Part shown: positions 36,076 through 45,887 of the stretch, in pieces
Layout: each line of letters starts with the position of its first letter
How positions within the stretch are numbered: the stretch's first letter is position 1
Origin: Escherichia coli
Lineage (GTDB): Bacteria > Pseudomonadota > Gammaproteobacteria > Enterobacterales > Enterobacteriaceae
DNA length: 64,000 bases
Strand: one strand, 5' to 3'
NCBI RefSeq assembly: GCF_051903065.1
Contig: NZ_CP178438.1
The notes under the pieces: generated by a model
What the model was told of the DNA's origin: nothing
Seen by the model: only the letters and a program-made list of their open reading frames with translations
Databases searched by the model: none
Position numbers and translations under genes: made by a program

Positions 36076-36942
36076 TTACTCACCCTGTGGATCATGATAT
36101 TCAACGCACGCCTGTAGCGTGTTTTCAATCAGCGTGGCAACCGTCATCGGGCCAACGCCGCCGGGAACAGGCGTAATGTATGAGGCGCGTTTAGCCGCGT
36201 CTTCAAACACGACGTCGCCCACAACTTTGCCATTTTCCAGACGGTTGATGCCGACATCAATCACAATTGCGCCTTCTTTGATCCAGTCACCAGGAATAAA
36301 ACCTGGTTTACCGACGGCAACGATCAGTAGATCGGCATTTTCTACGTGGTGACGCAGATTTTTAGTGAAACGGTGAGTCACGGTGGTGGTGCAACCTGCG
36401 AGCAACAGTTCCATGCTCATCGGGCGGCCAACGATATTCGATGCGCCAATCACCACGGCGTTGAGGCCGAAGGTATCAATGTTGTAACGCTCAAGCAGCG
36501 TGACAATACCGCGCGGGGTGCAGGGACGCAGACGCGGCGCGCGCTGGCACAGACGACCGACGTTATAAGGATGGAAACCGTCTACGTCTTTGTCCGGGTG
36601 TATACGTTCCAGCACTTTGACGTTATCAATACCCGCCGGTAACGGCAGTTGAACCAGAATGCCATCGATGGTGTTATCGGCATTCAGCGTATCGATAAGC
36701 TCCAGCAGCTCCGCTTCGCTGGTGGTTTCCGGGAGGTCGTAAGAGCGGGAGACGAACCCGACTTCTTCACAAGCCTTGCGTTTGCTTGCGACATAAATTT
36801 GCGATGCAGGGTTACTACCCACCAGCACAACGGCCAGTCCTGGTGCCCGCAGTCCGGCTGCAATACGCGCCTGAACTTTTTGAGCAACTTCAGAGCGCAC
36901 CTGCTGCGCAATCGTTTTACCGTCAATAATCTTTGCTGCCAT
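36076..36942 (-). CDS. folD: Bifunctional methylenetetrahydrofolate dehydrogenase/cyclohydrolase
   Basis: 288-aa ORF. Confidence 0.95.
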   Translation of the reverse strand: MAAKIIDGKTIAQQVRSEVAQKVQARIAAGLRAPGLAVVLVGSNPASQIYVASKRKACEEVGFVSRSYDLPETTSEAELLELIDTLNADNTIDGILVQLPLPAGIDNVKVLERIHPDKDVDGFHPYNVGRLCQRAPRLRPCTPRGIVTLLERYNIDTFGLNAVVIGASNIVGRPMSMELLLAGCTTTVTHRFTKNLRHHVENADLLIVAVGKPGFIPGDWIKEGAIVIDVGINRLENGKVVGDVVFEDAAKRASYITPVPGGVGPMTVATLIENTLQACVEYHDPQGE

Positions 36943-37412
36943 CAGAGAGAGGATTCCATCTGTTACGTAGGTCGAAGGGGATGCGCCTATTTTGTCAGAA
37001 GCGGGGCGCGCTGTCAGGTTTCGTTTCAGATTTATCGCGTGAAGCGACCTCTTGCGAAGGTGAGGCGCACTGTCGCTGAGATTGAAAGCTTCATTTTTCG
37101 TCCATGATGGCGTTGTAAATCTGGAACTGACTTATTTCCTTGTCAAAGGATTAAGATAATTTAAGAAATACCTGACAATATAAAAAGAATTTTCAGCCTG
37201 GTAATTTACCGCTTCAGGTCTATATTTGTGTTGAATATATTTTGCGCGGAAGTATTCATCTAACGGGGCTCTCTATTTTTTAGAATAGAGTGCATATTTT
37301 CAATTAAGACATTCTTAGAGGATAAAAAGGAATTTACTACTATCAGTGTCTTAAATAAAGTAATCGGTTATATACGGATATGGAGTCGATAAATGAGATT
37401 GAAGGAATATAT

Positions 37413-37955
37413 ATGAAATTAAGATTTATTTCGTCTGCGCTGGCTGCCGCACTATTCGCCGCTACGGGTAGTTATGCTGCCGTTGTAGATGGCGGTACAA
37501 TTCACTTTGAAGGCGAACTGGTGAATGCTGCCTGTTCAGTGAATACTGACTCGGCAGACCAGGTTGTCACACTCGGTCAATATCGTACCGATATTTTCAA
37601 TGCTGTTGGTAATACCTCTGCATTAATTCCATTCACCATTCAGTTGAACGACTGCGATCCTGTTGTTGCCGCTAATGCTGCCGTTGCATTTTCTGGTCAG
37701 GCTGATGCAATCAATGATAATTTATTGGCCATTGCATCCAGTACCAATACAACAACAGCAACGGGTGTCGGTATTGAAATACTTGATAATACATCCGCAA
37801 TTCTCAAACCTGATGGGAATAGCTTCTCAACCAACCAGAACTTGATCCCCGGGACCAACGTTCTTCATTTTTCTGCACGTTATAAAGGCACCGGTACAAG
37901 TGCATCAGCAGGGCAAGCAAATGCTGACGCGACTTTTATTATGAGATACGAATAA
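37413..37955 (+). CDS. sfmA: Type 1-like fimbrial major subunit
   Basis: Start at [14 protein letters not shown] (signal peptide) gives 180 aa; AT-rich upstream region. Confidence 0.85.
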   Translation: MKLRFISSALAAALFAATGSYAAVVDGGTIHFEGELVNAACSVNTDSADQVVTLGQYRTDIFNAVGNTSALIPFTIQLNDCDPVVAANAAVAFSGQADAINDNLLAIASSTNTTTATGVGIEILDNTSAILKPDGNSFSTNQNLIPGTNVLHFSARYKGTGTSASAGQANADATFIMRYE

Positions 37956-38174
37956 TCAAAACCACGTTGTTTTGAATTATATATCACGTCTTATAACAAA
38001 GTAATGTACCGGTTGTCTGAAGCGGTATGGTGGCAATGTAAATCGAAATCATGTTCACTTTGTATCATGCCGCTTTATTAAATGAAAAGGGAATGATGTG
38101 TTGTAAGAAACCAAAGCAATTATTTCTTTATATTTCTTATTTTTGCCGTCAGGAATACACAAGGCGTATTAACT

Positions 38175-38867
38175 ATGATGACTAAAATAAAGTTATTGAT
38201 GCTCATTATATTTTATTTAATCATTTCGGCCAGCGTCCATGCTGCCGGAGGGATCGCATTAGGTGCCACGCGTATTATTTATCCCGCTGATGCTAAACAG
38301 ACTGCGGTATGGATTAGAAATAGCCATACCAATGAGCGTTTTCTGGTCAATTCGTGGATTGAAAACAGCAGCGGTGTAAAAGAAAAGTCATTCATCATTA
38401 CACCGCCACTATTTGTTAGTGAACCCAAAAGCGAAAATACTTTGCGTATTATTTACACCGGTCCACCGCTGGCGGCAGATCGTGAGTCTCTGTTCTGGAT
38501 GAATGTTAAGACGATCCCTTCGGTAGATAAAAATGCATTGAACGGCAGGAATGTTTTGCAACTGGCGATTTTATCGCGCATGAAATTATTTCTCCGTCCA
38601 ATTCAATTACAAGAATTACCCGCAGAAGCGCCGGACACACTCAAGTTTTCGCGATCCGGTAACTATATCAATGTTCATAATCCATCACCTTTTTATGTCA
38701 CCCTGGTTAACTTACAAGTGGGCAGCCAAAAGTTGGGGAATGCTATGGCTGCACCCAGAGTTAATTCACAAATTCCCTTACCCTCAGGAGTGCAGGGAAA
38801 GCTGAAATTTCAGACCGTTAATGATTATGGTTCAGTAACCCCGGTCAGAGAAGTGAACTTAAACTAA
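38175..38867 (+). CDS. sfmC: Periplasmic pilus chaperone (PapD-like)
   Basis: 230-aa ORF with signal peptide. Confidence 0.9.
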   Translation: MMTKIKLLMLIIFYLIISASVHAAGGIALGATRIIYPADAKQTAVWIRNSHTNERFLVNSWIENSSGVKEKSFIITPPLFVSEPKSENTLRIIYTGPPLAADRESLFWMNVKTIPSVDKNALNGRNVLQLAILSRMKLFLRPIQLQELPAEAPDTLKFSRSGNYINVHNPSPFYVTLVNLQVGSQKLGNAMAAPRVNSQIPLPSGVQGKLKFQTVNDYGSVTPVREVNLN

Positions 38868-38897
38868 CCGAATCATCTGACAATATCAGAGCTAATT

Positions 38898-41507
38898 ATG
38901 AAAATACCCACTACTACGGATATTCCGCAGAGGTATACCTGGTGTCTGGCCGGAATTTGTTATTCATCTCTTGCCATTTTACCCTCCTTTTTAAGCTATG
39001 CGGAAAGTTATTTCAACTCGGCATTTTTATTAGAGAATGGCACATCCGTTGCTGATTTATCGCGCTTTGAGAGAGGTAATCATCAACCTGCGGGCGTGTA
39101 TCGGGTAGATCTCTGGCGTAATGATGAGTTCATTGGTTCACAGGATATCGTATTTGAATCGACAACAGAAAATACAGGTGATAAATCAGGTGGGTTAATG
39201 CCCTGTTTTAACCAGGTACTCCTTGAACGAATTGGCCTTAATAGCAGTGCATTTCCCGAGTTAGCCCAGCAGCAAAACAATAAATGCATCAATTTACTGA
39301 AAGCTGTACCTGATGCCACAATTAACTTTGATTTTGCAGCGATGCGCCTGAACATCACTATTCCTCAGATAGCGTTGTTGAGTAGCGCTCACGGTTACAT
39401 TCCGCCTGAAGAGTGGGATGAAGGTATTCCTGCTTTACTCCTGAATTATAATTTCACCGGTAACAGAGGTAATGGTAACGATAGCTATTTTTTTAGTGAG
39501 CTCAGCGGGATTAATATTGGCCCGTGGCGTTTACGCAACAATGGTTCCTGGAACTATTTTCGCGGAAATGGATATCATTCAGAACAGTGGAATAATATTG
39601 GCACCTGGGTACAGCGCGCCATTATTCCGCTGAAAAGTGAACTGATAATGGGAGACGGCAATACAGGAAGTGATATTTTCGATGGTGTTGGATTTCGTGG
39701 TGTACGGCTTTATTCTTCCGATAATATGTATCCAGATAGCCAGCAAGGGTTTGCCCCAACGGTACGTGGGATTGCCCGTACGGCGGCCCAGCTAACGATT
39801 CGGCAAAATGGTTTTATTATCTATCAAAGCTATGTTTCCCCCGGTGCTTTTGAAATTACTGATTTGCACCCGACATCTTCAAATGGCGATCTGGATGTCA
39901 CCATCGACGAGCGCGATGGCAATCAGCAGAATTACACAATTCCGTATTCAACAGTGCCGATTTTACAACGCGAAGGGCGTTTCAAATTTGACCTGACGGC
40001 GGGCGATTTTCGTAGCGGTAATAGTCAGCAATCATCGCCTTTCTTTTTTCAGGGCACGGCACTCGGCGGTTTACCACAGGAATTTACTGCCTACGGCGGG
40101 ACGCAATTATCTGCCAATTACACCGCCTTTTTATTAGGGCTGGGGCGCAACCTCGGGAACTGGGGCGCAGTGTCGCTGGATGTGACCCATGCGCGCAGCC
40201 AGTTAGCCGACGACAGTCGTCATGAGGGGGATTCTATTCGCTTCCTCTATGCGAAATCGATGAACACCTTCGGCACCAATTTTCAGTTAATGGGTTACCG
40301 CTATTCGACACAAGGTTTTTATACCCTTGATGATGTTGCGTATCGTCGAATGGAGGGGTACGAATATGATTACGATTATGACGGTGAGCATCGCGATGAA
40401 CCGATAATCGTGAATTACCACAATTTACGCTTTAGCCGTAAAGACCGTTTGCAGTTAAATATTTCACAATCACTTAATGACTTTGGCTCGCTTTATATTT
40501 CTGGTACCCATCAAAAATACTGGAATACTTCGGATTCAGATACGTGGTATCAGGTGGGGTATACCAGCAGCTGGGTTGGCATCAGTTATTCGCTCTCATT
40601 TTCGTGGAATGAATCTGTAGGGATCCCCGATAACGAACGTATTGTCGGACTTAATGTTTCAGTGCCTTTCAATGTTTTGACCAAACGTCGCTACACCCGG
40701 GAAAATGCGCTCGACCGCGCTTATGCCTCCTTTAACGCCAACCGTAACAGCAACGGGCAAAATAGCTGGCTGGCAGGTGTAGGTGGGACCTTACTGGAAG
40801 GCCACAACCTGAGTTATCACGTAAGCCAGGGTGATACCTCGAATAATGGGTATACGGGCAGCGCCACGGCAAACTGGCAGGCCGCTTACGGTACGCTGGG
40901 GGTCGGGTATAACTACGACCGCGATCAACATGACGTTAACTGGCAGCTGTCTGGCGGTGTGGTCGGACATGAAAATGGCATAACGCTGAGCCAGCCTTTA
41001 GGGGATACCAATGTTTTGATTAAAGCGCCTGGCGCAGGCGGTGTACGCATTGAAAATCAAACTGGCATTTTAACCGACTGGCGCGGCTATGCGGTGATGC
41101 CGTATGCCACGGTTTATCGGTATAACCGTATCGCGCTTGATACCAATACGATGGGGAATTCCATCGATGTTGAAAAAAATATTAGCAGCGTTGTGCCGAC
41201 GCAAGGCGCGTTGGTTCGTGCCAATTTTGATACCCGCATAGGCGTGCGGGCGCTCATTACCGTTACCCAGGGCGGAAAACCGGTGCTGTTTGGATCACTG
41301 GTACGGGAAAACAGTACCGGAATAACCAGTATGGTGGGTGATGACGGGCAAGTTTATTTAAGTGGTGCGCCATTGTCTGGTGAATTACTGGTTCAGTGGG
41401 GAGACGGCGCGAACTCACGCTGCATTGCGCACTATGTATTGCCGAAGCAAAGCTTACAGCAAGCCGTCACTGTTATTTCGGCAGTTTGCACACATTCTGG
41501 CTCATAA
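38898..41507 (+). CDS. sfmD: Fimbrial outer-membrane usher
   Basis: 869-aa usher-type ORF. Confidence 0.9.
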   Translation: MKIPTTTDIPQRYTWCLAGICYSSLAILPSFLSYAESYFNSAFLLENGTSVADLSRFERGNHQPAGVYRVDLWRNDEFIGSQDIVFESTTENTGDKSGGLMPCFNQVLLERIGLNSSAFPELAQQQNNKCINLLKAVPDATINFDFAAMRLNITIPQIALLSSAHGYIPPEEWDEGIPALLLNYNFTGNRGNGNDSYFFSELSGINIGPWRLRNNGSWNYFRGNGYHSEQWNNIGTWVQRAIIPLKSELIMGDGNTGSDIFDGVGFRGVRLYSSDNMYPDSQQGFAPTVRGIARTAAQLTIRQNGFIIYQSYVSPGAFEITDLHPTSSNGDLDVTIDERDGNQQNYTIPYSTVPILQREGRFKFDLTAGDFRSGNSQQSSPFFFQGTALGGLPQEFTAYGGTQLSANYTAFLLGLGRNLGNWGAVSLDVTHARSQLADDSRHEGDSIRFLYAKSMNTFGTNFQLMGYRYSTQGFYTLDDVAYRRMEGYEYDYDYDGEHRDEPIIVNYHNLRFSRKDRLQLNISQSLNDFGSLYISGTHQKYWNTSDSDTWYQVGYTSSWVGISYSLSFSWNESVGIPDNERIVGLNVSVPFNVLTKRRYTRENALDRAYASFNANRNSNGQNSWLAGVGGTLLEGHNLSYHVSQGDTSNNGYTGSATANWQAAYGTLGVGYNYDRDQHDVNWQLSGGVVGHENGITLSQPLGDTNVLIKAPGAGGVRIENQTGILTDWRGYAVMPYATVYRYNRIALDTNTMGNSIDVEKNISSVVPTQGALVRANFDTRIGVRALITVTQGGKPVLFGSLVRENSTGITSMVGDDGQVYLSGAPLSGELLVQWGDGANSRCIAHYVLPKQSLQQAVTVISAVCTHSGS

Positions 41508-41519
41508 AGGAAATTATCA

Positions 41520-42527
41520 ATGAAGATAATCTGCAGATTATTATTGGCGATGGCATGTTTGTGTCTGGCAAACATATCCTGGGCTACTGTTTGTGCAAAT
41601 AGTACTGGCGTAGCAGAAGATGAACACTATGATCTCTCAAATGTCTTTAATAGCACCAATAACCAGCCAGGGCAGATTGTTGTTTTACCGGAAAAATCCG
41701 GCTGGGTAGGTGTGTCAGCAATTTGCCCACCCGGCACGCTGGTGAATTATACATACCGTAGTTATGTCACCAACTTTATTGTTCAGGAAACTATCGATAA
41801 TTATAAATATATGCAATTAAATGATTATCTATTAGGTGCGATGAGTCTGGTTGATAGCGTGATGGATATTCAATTTCCCCCGCAAAATTATATTCGTATG
41901 GGAACAGATCCTAACGTTTCGCAAAACCTTCCGTTCGGGGTGATGGATTCTCGTTTGATATTTCGTTTAAAGGTTATTCGGCCCTTTATTAACATGGTGG
42001 AGATCCCCAGACAGGTGATGTTTACCGTGTATGTGACATCAACGCCTTACGATCCGTTGGTTACACCTGTTTATACCATTAGTTTTGGTGGCCGGGTTGA
42101 AGTACCGCAAAACTGCGAATTAAATGCCGGGCAGATTGTTGAATTTGATTTTGGTGATATCGGCGCATCGTTATTTAGTGCGGCAGGGCCGGGTAATCGA
42201 CCTGCTGGTGTCATGCCGCAAACCAAGAGCATTGCGGTCAAATGTACGAATGTTGCTGCGCAGGCTTATTTAACAATGCGTCTGGAAGCCAGTGCCGTTT
42301 CTGGTCAGGCGATGGTGTCGTACAATCAGGATTTAGGTTTTATTGTCGCCGATCAGAACGATACGCCGATCACGCCTAACGATCTCAATAGCGTTATTCC
42401 TTTCCGTCTGGATGCAACTGCGGCAGCCAATGTCACACTTCGCGCCTGGCCTATCAGTATTACCGGTCAAAAACCGACCGAGGGGCCGTTTAGCGCGCTG
42501 GGGTATTTACGCGTCGATTATCAATGA
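41520..42527 (+). CDS. sfmH: FimH-like fimbrial tip adhesin
   Basis: 335-aa ORF with signal peptide. Confidence 0.85.
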   Translation: MKIICRLLLAMACLCLANISWATVCANSTGVAEDEHYDLSNVFNSTNNQPGQIVVLPEKSGWVGVSAICPPGTLVNYTYRSYVTNFIVQETIDNYKYMQLNDYLLGAMSLVDSVMDIQFPPQNYIRMGTDPNVSQNLPFGVMDSRLIFRLKVIRPFINMVEIPRQVMFTVYVTSTPYDPLVTPVYTISFGGRVEVPQNCELNAGQIVEFDFGDIGASLFSAAGPGNRPAGVMPQTKSIAVKCTNVAAQAYLTMRLEASAVSGQAMVSYNQDLGFIVADQNDTPITPNDLNSVIPFRLDATAAANVTLRAWPISITGQKPTEGPFSALGYLRVDYQ

Positions 42528-42537
42528 GGTACGGAGA

Positions 42538-43053
42538 ATGAGAAGAGTACTCTTTAGCTGTTTCTGCGGGCTACTGTGGAGTTCCAGTGGATGGGCAGTT
42601 GACCCTTTAGGAACGATTAATATCAATTTGCACGGTAACGTTGTTGATTTCTCCTGTACCGTAAACACAGCGGATATTGATAAGACGGTAGATTTAGGCA
42701 GATGGCCTACGACACAACTACTGAACGCTGGCGATACCACGGCACTCGTCCCTTTTAGCCTGCGGCTGGAGGGATGTCCTCCGGGTTCAGTTGCGATTTT
42801 ATTTACGGGAACACCGGCATCTGATGTCAACCTGCTGGCTCTGGATGATCCCGCAATGGCACAAACCGTCGCCATCGAATTACGTAATAGCGATCGCTCC
42901 CGGCTCGCACTGGGGGAGGCGAGCCCGACTGAGGAAGTAGATGCAAATGGCAATGTCACACTAAACTTTTTTGCCAATTATCGAGCGTTAGCCAGCGGTG
43001 TTCGGCCAGGTGTGGCGAAAGCGGATGCGATATTTATGATCAATTATAATTAA
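42538..43053 (+). CDS. sfmF: Fimbrial minor subunit
   Basis: Track ORF starts 42343; start at MRRVLFSCF with SD GGAG gives 171 aa. Confidence 0.85.
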   Translation: MRRVLFSCFCGLLWSSSGWAVDPLGTININLHGNVVDFSCTVNTADIDKTVDLGRWPTTQLLNAGDTTALVPFSLRLEGCPPGSVAILFTGTPASDVNLLALDDPAMAQTVAIELRNSDRSRLALGEASPTEEVDANGNVTLNFFANYRALASGVRPGVAKADAIFMINYN

Positions 43054-43055
43054 TA

Positions 43056-43688
43056 TTATATTAATTCGTATAATTTGGCGTAGTCGATAAGCTCTACAAT
43101 TGAATGCAAACCTAGCTTGCCATAAATATTAGATTTATGCGCACTAACTGTTTTATTGCTAAGTAATAACTTATCGGCAATTTCTTTATTAGATAATCCG
43201 CTGACCAGATAACGTAATATCGTCACTTCACGATTAGATAGCACAGTGATCGTTGAACTATTCGTACTACATTTATTGCTTTTTATATAGTTGAGCGTTT
43301 CGCTGGGAAAAAAAGTGTATCCGGAGAGGATCATCTGAACGGCATGAAAAATATCATTCTGATCATTGCATTTACTGACAAAACCGTTAGCACCAGCTTG
43401 TATCGCTCTGCCAGCATAAAAGCATTCTGATTTCGATGATAAAAATAACACTTTCACTGTGCTCTGGATTTGTTTGATCCTTTTCAGGAAGGTAAAACCG
43501 TCTGTTCCGGGCAAGTCTATATCCATAATGATTAAATCAACAGGACGGGTTCGGAGATAATCGATGGTTATGCGGTAATCATCCGTTTTCAGGACAATCT
43601 GCAATTCACTGTTTTTTTGCAACAGAACTTCAATAGACATTCTGATGATAGGATGAGTATCCATAATGATCACCGACGTTGGTTTCAT
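43056..43688 (-). CDS. fimZ: LuxR/FixJ-family response regulator FimZ
   Basis: Receiver domain plus C-terminal LuxR helix-turn-helix; start at MKPTSVIIMD gives 210 aa. Confidence 0.9.
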   Translation of the reverse strand: MKPTSVIIMDTHPIIRMSIEVLLQKNSELQIVLKTDDYRITIDYLRTRPVDLIIMDIDLPGTDGFTFLKRIKQIQSTVKVLFLSSKSECFYAGRAIQAGANGFVSKCNDQNDIFHAVQMILSGYTFFPSETLNYIKSNKCSTNSSTITVLSNREVTILRYLVSGLSNKEIADKLLLSNKTVSAHKSNIYGKLGLHSIVELIDYAKLYELI

Positions 43689-43930
43689 AGTTACCAGTCT
43701 CATAGGAGCGGACAATTTTCCGTTAGGGCGGTAAATTGTACTTTGATACATGAAAATACGGGTTTTCTTGATTCAGACGCGCAGCGGTGTGCGTTTGTTT
43801 GCCGCTATAGCGAAATAAATCAGAAAATCAGACGCGGTCGTTCACTTGTTCAGCAACCAGATCAAAAGCCATTGACTCAGCAAGGGTTGACCGTATAATT
43901 CACGCGATTACACCGCATTGCGGTATCAAC

Positions 43931-44007
43931 GCGCCCTTAGCTCAGTTGGATAGAGCAACGACCTTCTAAGTCGTGGGCCGCAGGTTCGAATCCTGCAGGG
44001 CGCGCCA
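43931..44007 (+). tRNA. argU: tRNA-Arg (anticodon UCU, reads AGA)
   Basis: GCGCCCTTAGCTCAGTTGGATAGAGCAACGACCTTCTAAGTCGTGGGCCGCAGGTTCGAATCCTGCAGGGCGCGCCA; cloverleaf with TCT anticodon and 3' CCA. Confidence 0.95.
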
Positions 44008-44052
44008 TTTCTTCTTCATTTATGCCCGTCTTATCCGTTTCCGCTTTGCCCT

Positions 44053-44814
44053 TCACCACATCACTTTTTGTCGCTGTTTGGCGAGATAATTCAACGGTGT
44101 CAGGCCGTAAAACGCCTTAAAAACAGAGATAAAGTACGACGTGCTGCTATAGCCACATAATTGCGCCACCTGAGTGATATTTTTGTTATCCATCAATAAC
44201 ATCTGTACGGCGTAACGCATACGACACTCTGTGACAATCTGGCTATAGCTGGTATTTTCGTTTTTTAATTTCTTTTTGAGCAGGCTGGGGCTTAAACATA
44301 GCGAACTGGCGACAATTCGCAGATTCCAGTAATGCTGAATATCGCTTTGAATAATGCGGCAGACGCTGTCGCGGACGCTGCTGCGTAAGATATACATCAG
44401 TAGGGCAATAAACCGCGATTGCTCAAGAAAGTTAGACAATACGGTAAAAAGCAATGCGCGTGTCAACTCCGCTTCGCAGGGTTTGCTGGGTTGCTGCTTG
44501 CTGTGGTTGGCGGCTAGCCGGAACACTTCCGGTGTACGGCTATGACAAGCGATAACCGGGGTAGCCAGCCGCGACCAGGGCTTTACACAGGTTAAGTTCT
44601 TATTTAAAAACAACAGATAATCGTTGATGATGTTACGGTTGATGTGGGTGATTAATACGTGATTTAACGTTGAGAGTTCAATGACGTTATTGTTGCACGC
44701 GAAGGCGGCCAGGTAGTTTTTCGGAAGGGTAAACGTAGCATGGTTATTGACGCTTACCTCTACCTCTTTTTCGGTCAGGATCACCACGCAAGGTTCACTG
44801 CTGCTCAATTGCAT
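44053..44814 (-). CDS. envY: AraC-family transcriptional regulator EnvY
   Basis: 253-aa ORF with C-terminal AraC helix-turn-helix. Confidence 0.85.
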   Translation of the reverse strand: MQLSSSEPCVVILTEKEVEVSVNNHATFTLPKNYLAAFACNNNVIELSTLNHVLITHINRNIINDYLLFLNKNLTCVKPWSRLATPVIACHSRTPEVFRLAANHSKQQPSKPCEAELTRALLFTVLSNFLEQSRFIALLMYILRSSVRDSVCRIIQSDIQHYWNLRIVASSLCLSPSLLKKKLKNENTSYSQIVTECRMRYAVQMLLMDNKNITQVAQLCGYSSTSYFISVFKAFYGLTPLNYLAKQRQKVMW

Positions 44815-44996
44815 TTCGCACTCCTCAGATATCAGAAACTCCGCTCAAAGGATCTATGCTTCCTGCATGAGTGATCGGCCCGTTCGCCGATAACGATCTT
44901 CTTTCTTTAGCACGCTTTTTAGCAATTAATCTTGATGGAATTCTGACGAGAGCGAAAGAGGTAAGCCAGGTCGTACCCGACTTACCTGGAGGAGAT

Positions 44997-45887
44997 TTAA
45001 TACTCGAGAATGCCGTGCGCGACGGGCAAATAGCGCAGAGAGAAATAGAGAGTGTCTTTACCGCAAGAGGAACGTTTCGCTAACAGCGAGGCAATTTCTG
45101 CGTCCGGTTTCGGTTTCGCTGTAAAGGTTTTGCCTTTGCCGGCGACAAACAGTTCATAAACAATGCCGCTTGCTGGGGCGGAGCTTTGGCAATCGGCGCT
45201 GGCCTGTAGATAACGTTCACGCTGTTCAGCGGTAAGTTTATCCACGCCGCTGCCATCCTGTACCCAGACATTAACGCCGGTTGCTTTAACGTGTTCCAGC
45301 AGTTGGCGATAGCCATCTGGCGACATGTTTCCGGCGAAAAAACTACTGATATAAACCGGTTTTGCTGAAACATCGCTAATCAGCCGCTGCGCGTTGTTTA
45401 ACCATGTTAGCAAAGGCTGACGGGCGGCTTCGCTGCGCCAGTTCAGGTCGTCAATTTCCGCGCTGATGTACCAGCCATCCGGCGTTACGCCAGGTACGGC
45501 ACTCCATAATCTGGCTTGCTGGAGATCGGCAGCCAGCAGGCGGTTAAGATAGCTTTCCAGCGCTGCGGACGACTGTTTCTGGTGCATAAAAAATTCCGGA
45601 TCGGCGTTCAACCCGACAATCAGCTTCAGGCCAGCCTGTTGCGCAGCTGCGGCGCGCTTAAACAATAACGTGCGCTGTTCTGGCTGGGTAAATGCATCGC
45701 CGTAACGAGTCCATTGCAAAACCAGGGTATCGAAGCCTTGCAAACGTAACTGACTCATCAGCCCCTGCCACTGGGTATCGGTAACCTGACTATCGCGGTT
45801 TTGTGGTTGCCAGATAATACCTTTCATCGCAAAGGAAAAAGGGCTGACCAAAAGCAGTGTCAGCAATACGAAAATGAACTTACGCAT
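44997..45887 (-). CDS. ybcH: Periplasmic protein YbcH (DUF4434)
   Basis: 296-aa ORF with signal peptide immediately downstream of nfrA. Confidence 0.85.
   Translation of the reverse strand: MRKFIFVLLTLLLVSPFSFAMKGIIWQPQNRDSQVTDTQWQGLMSQLRLQGFDTLVLQWTRYGDAFTQPEQRTLLFKRAAAAQQAGLKLIVGLNADPEFFMHQKQSSAALESYLNRLLAADLQQARLWSAVPGVTPDGWYISAEIDDLNWRSEAARQPLLTWLNNAQRLISDVSAKPVYISSFFAGNMSPDGYRQLLEHVKATGVNVWVQDGSGVDKLTAEQRERYLQASADCQSSAPASGIVYELFVAGKGKTFTAKPKPDAEIASLLAKRSSCGKDTLYFSLRYLPVAHGILEY

Noticed and set aside
44871-45083. 70-aa plus-strand ORF between envY and ybcH
   Set aside because: No RBS; overlaps the 3' end of ybcH on the opposite strand; no recognisable motif.
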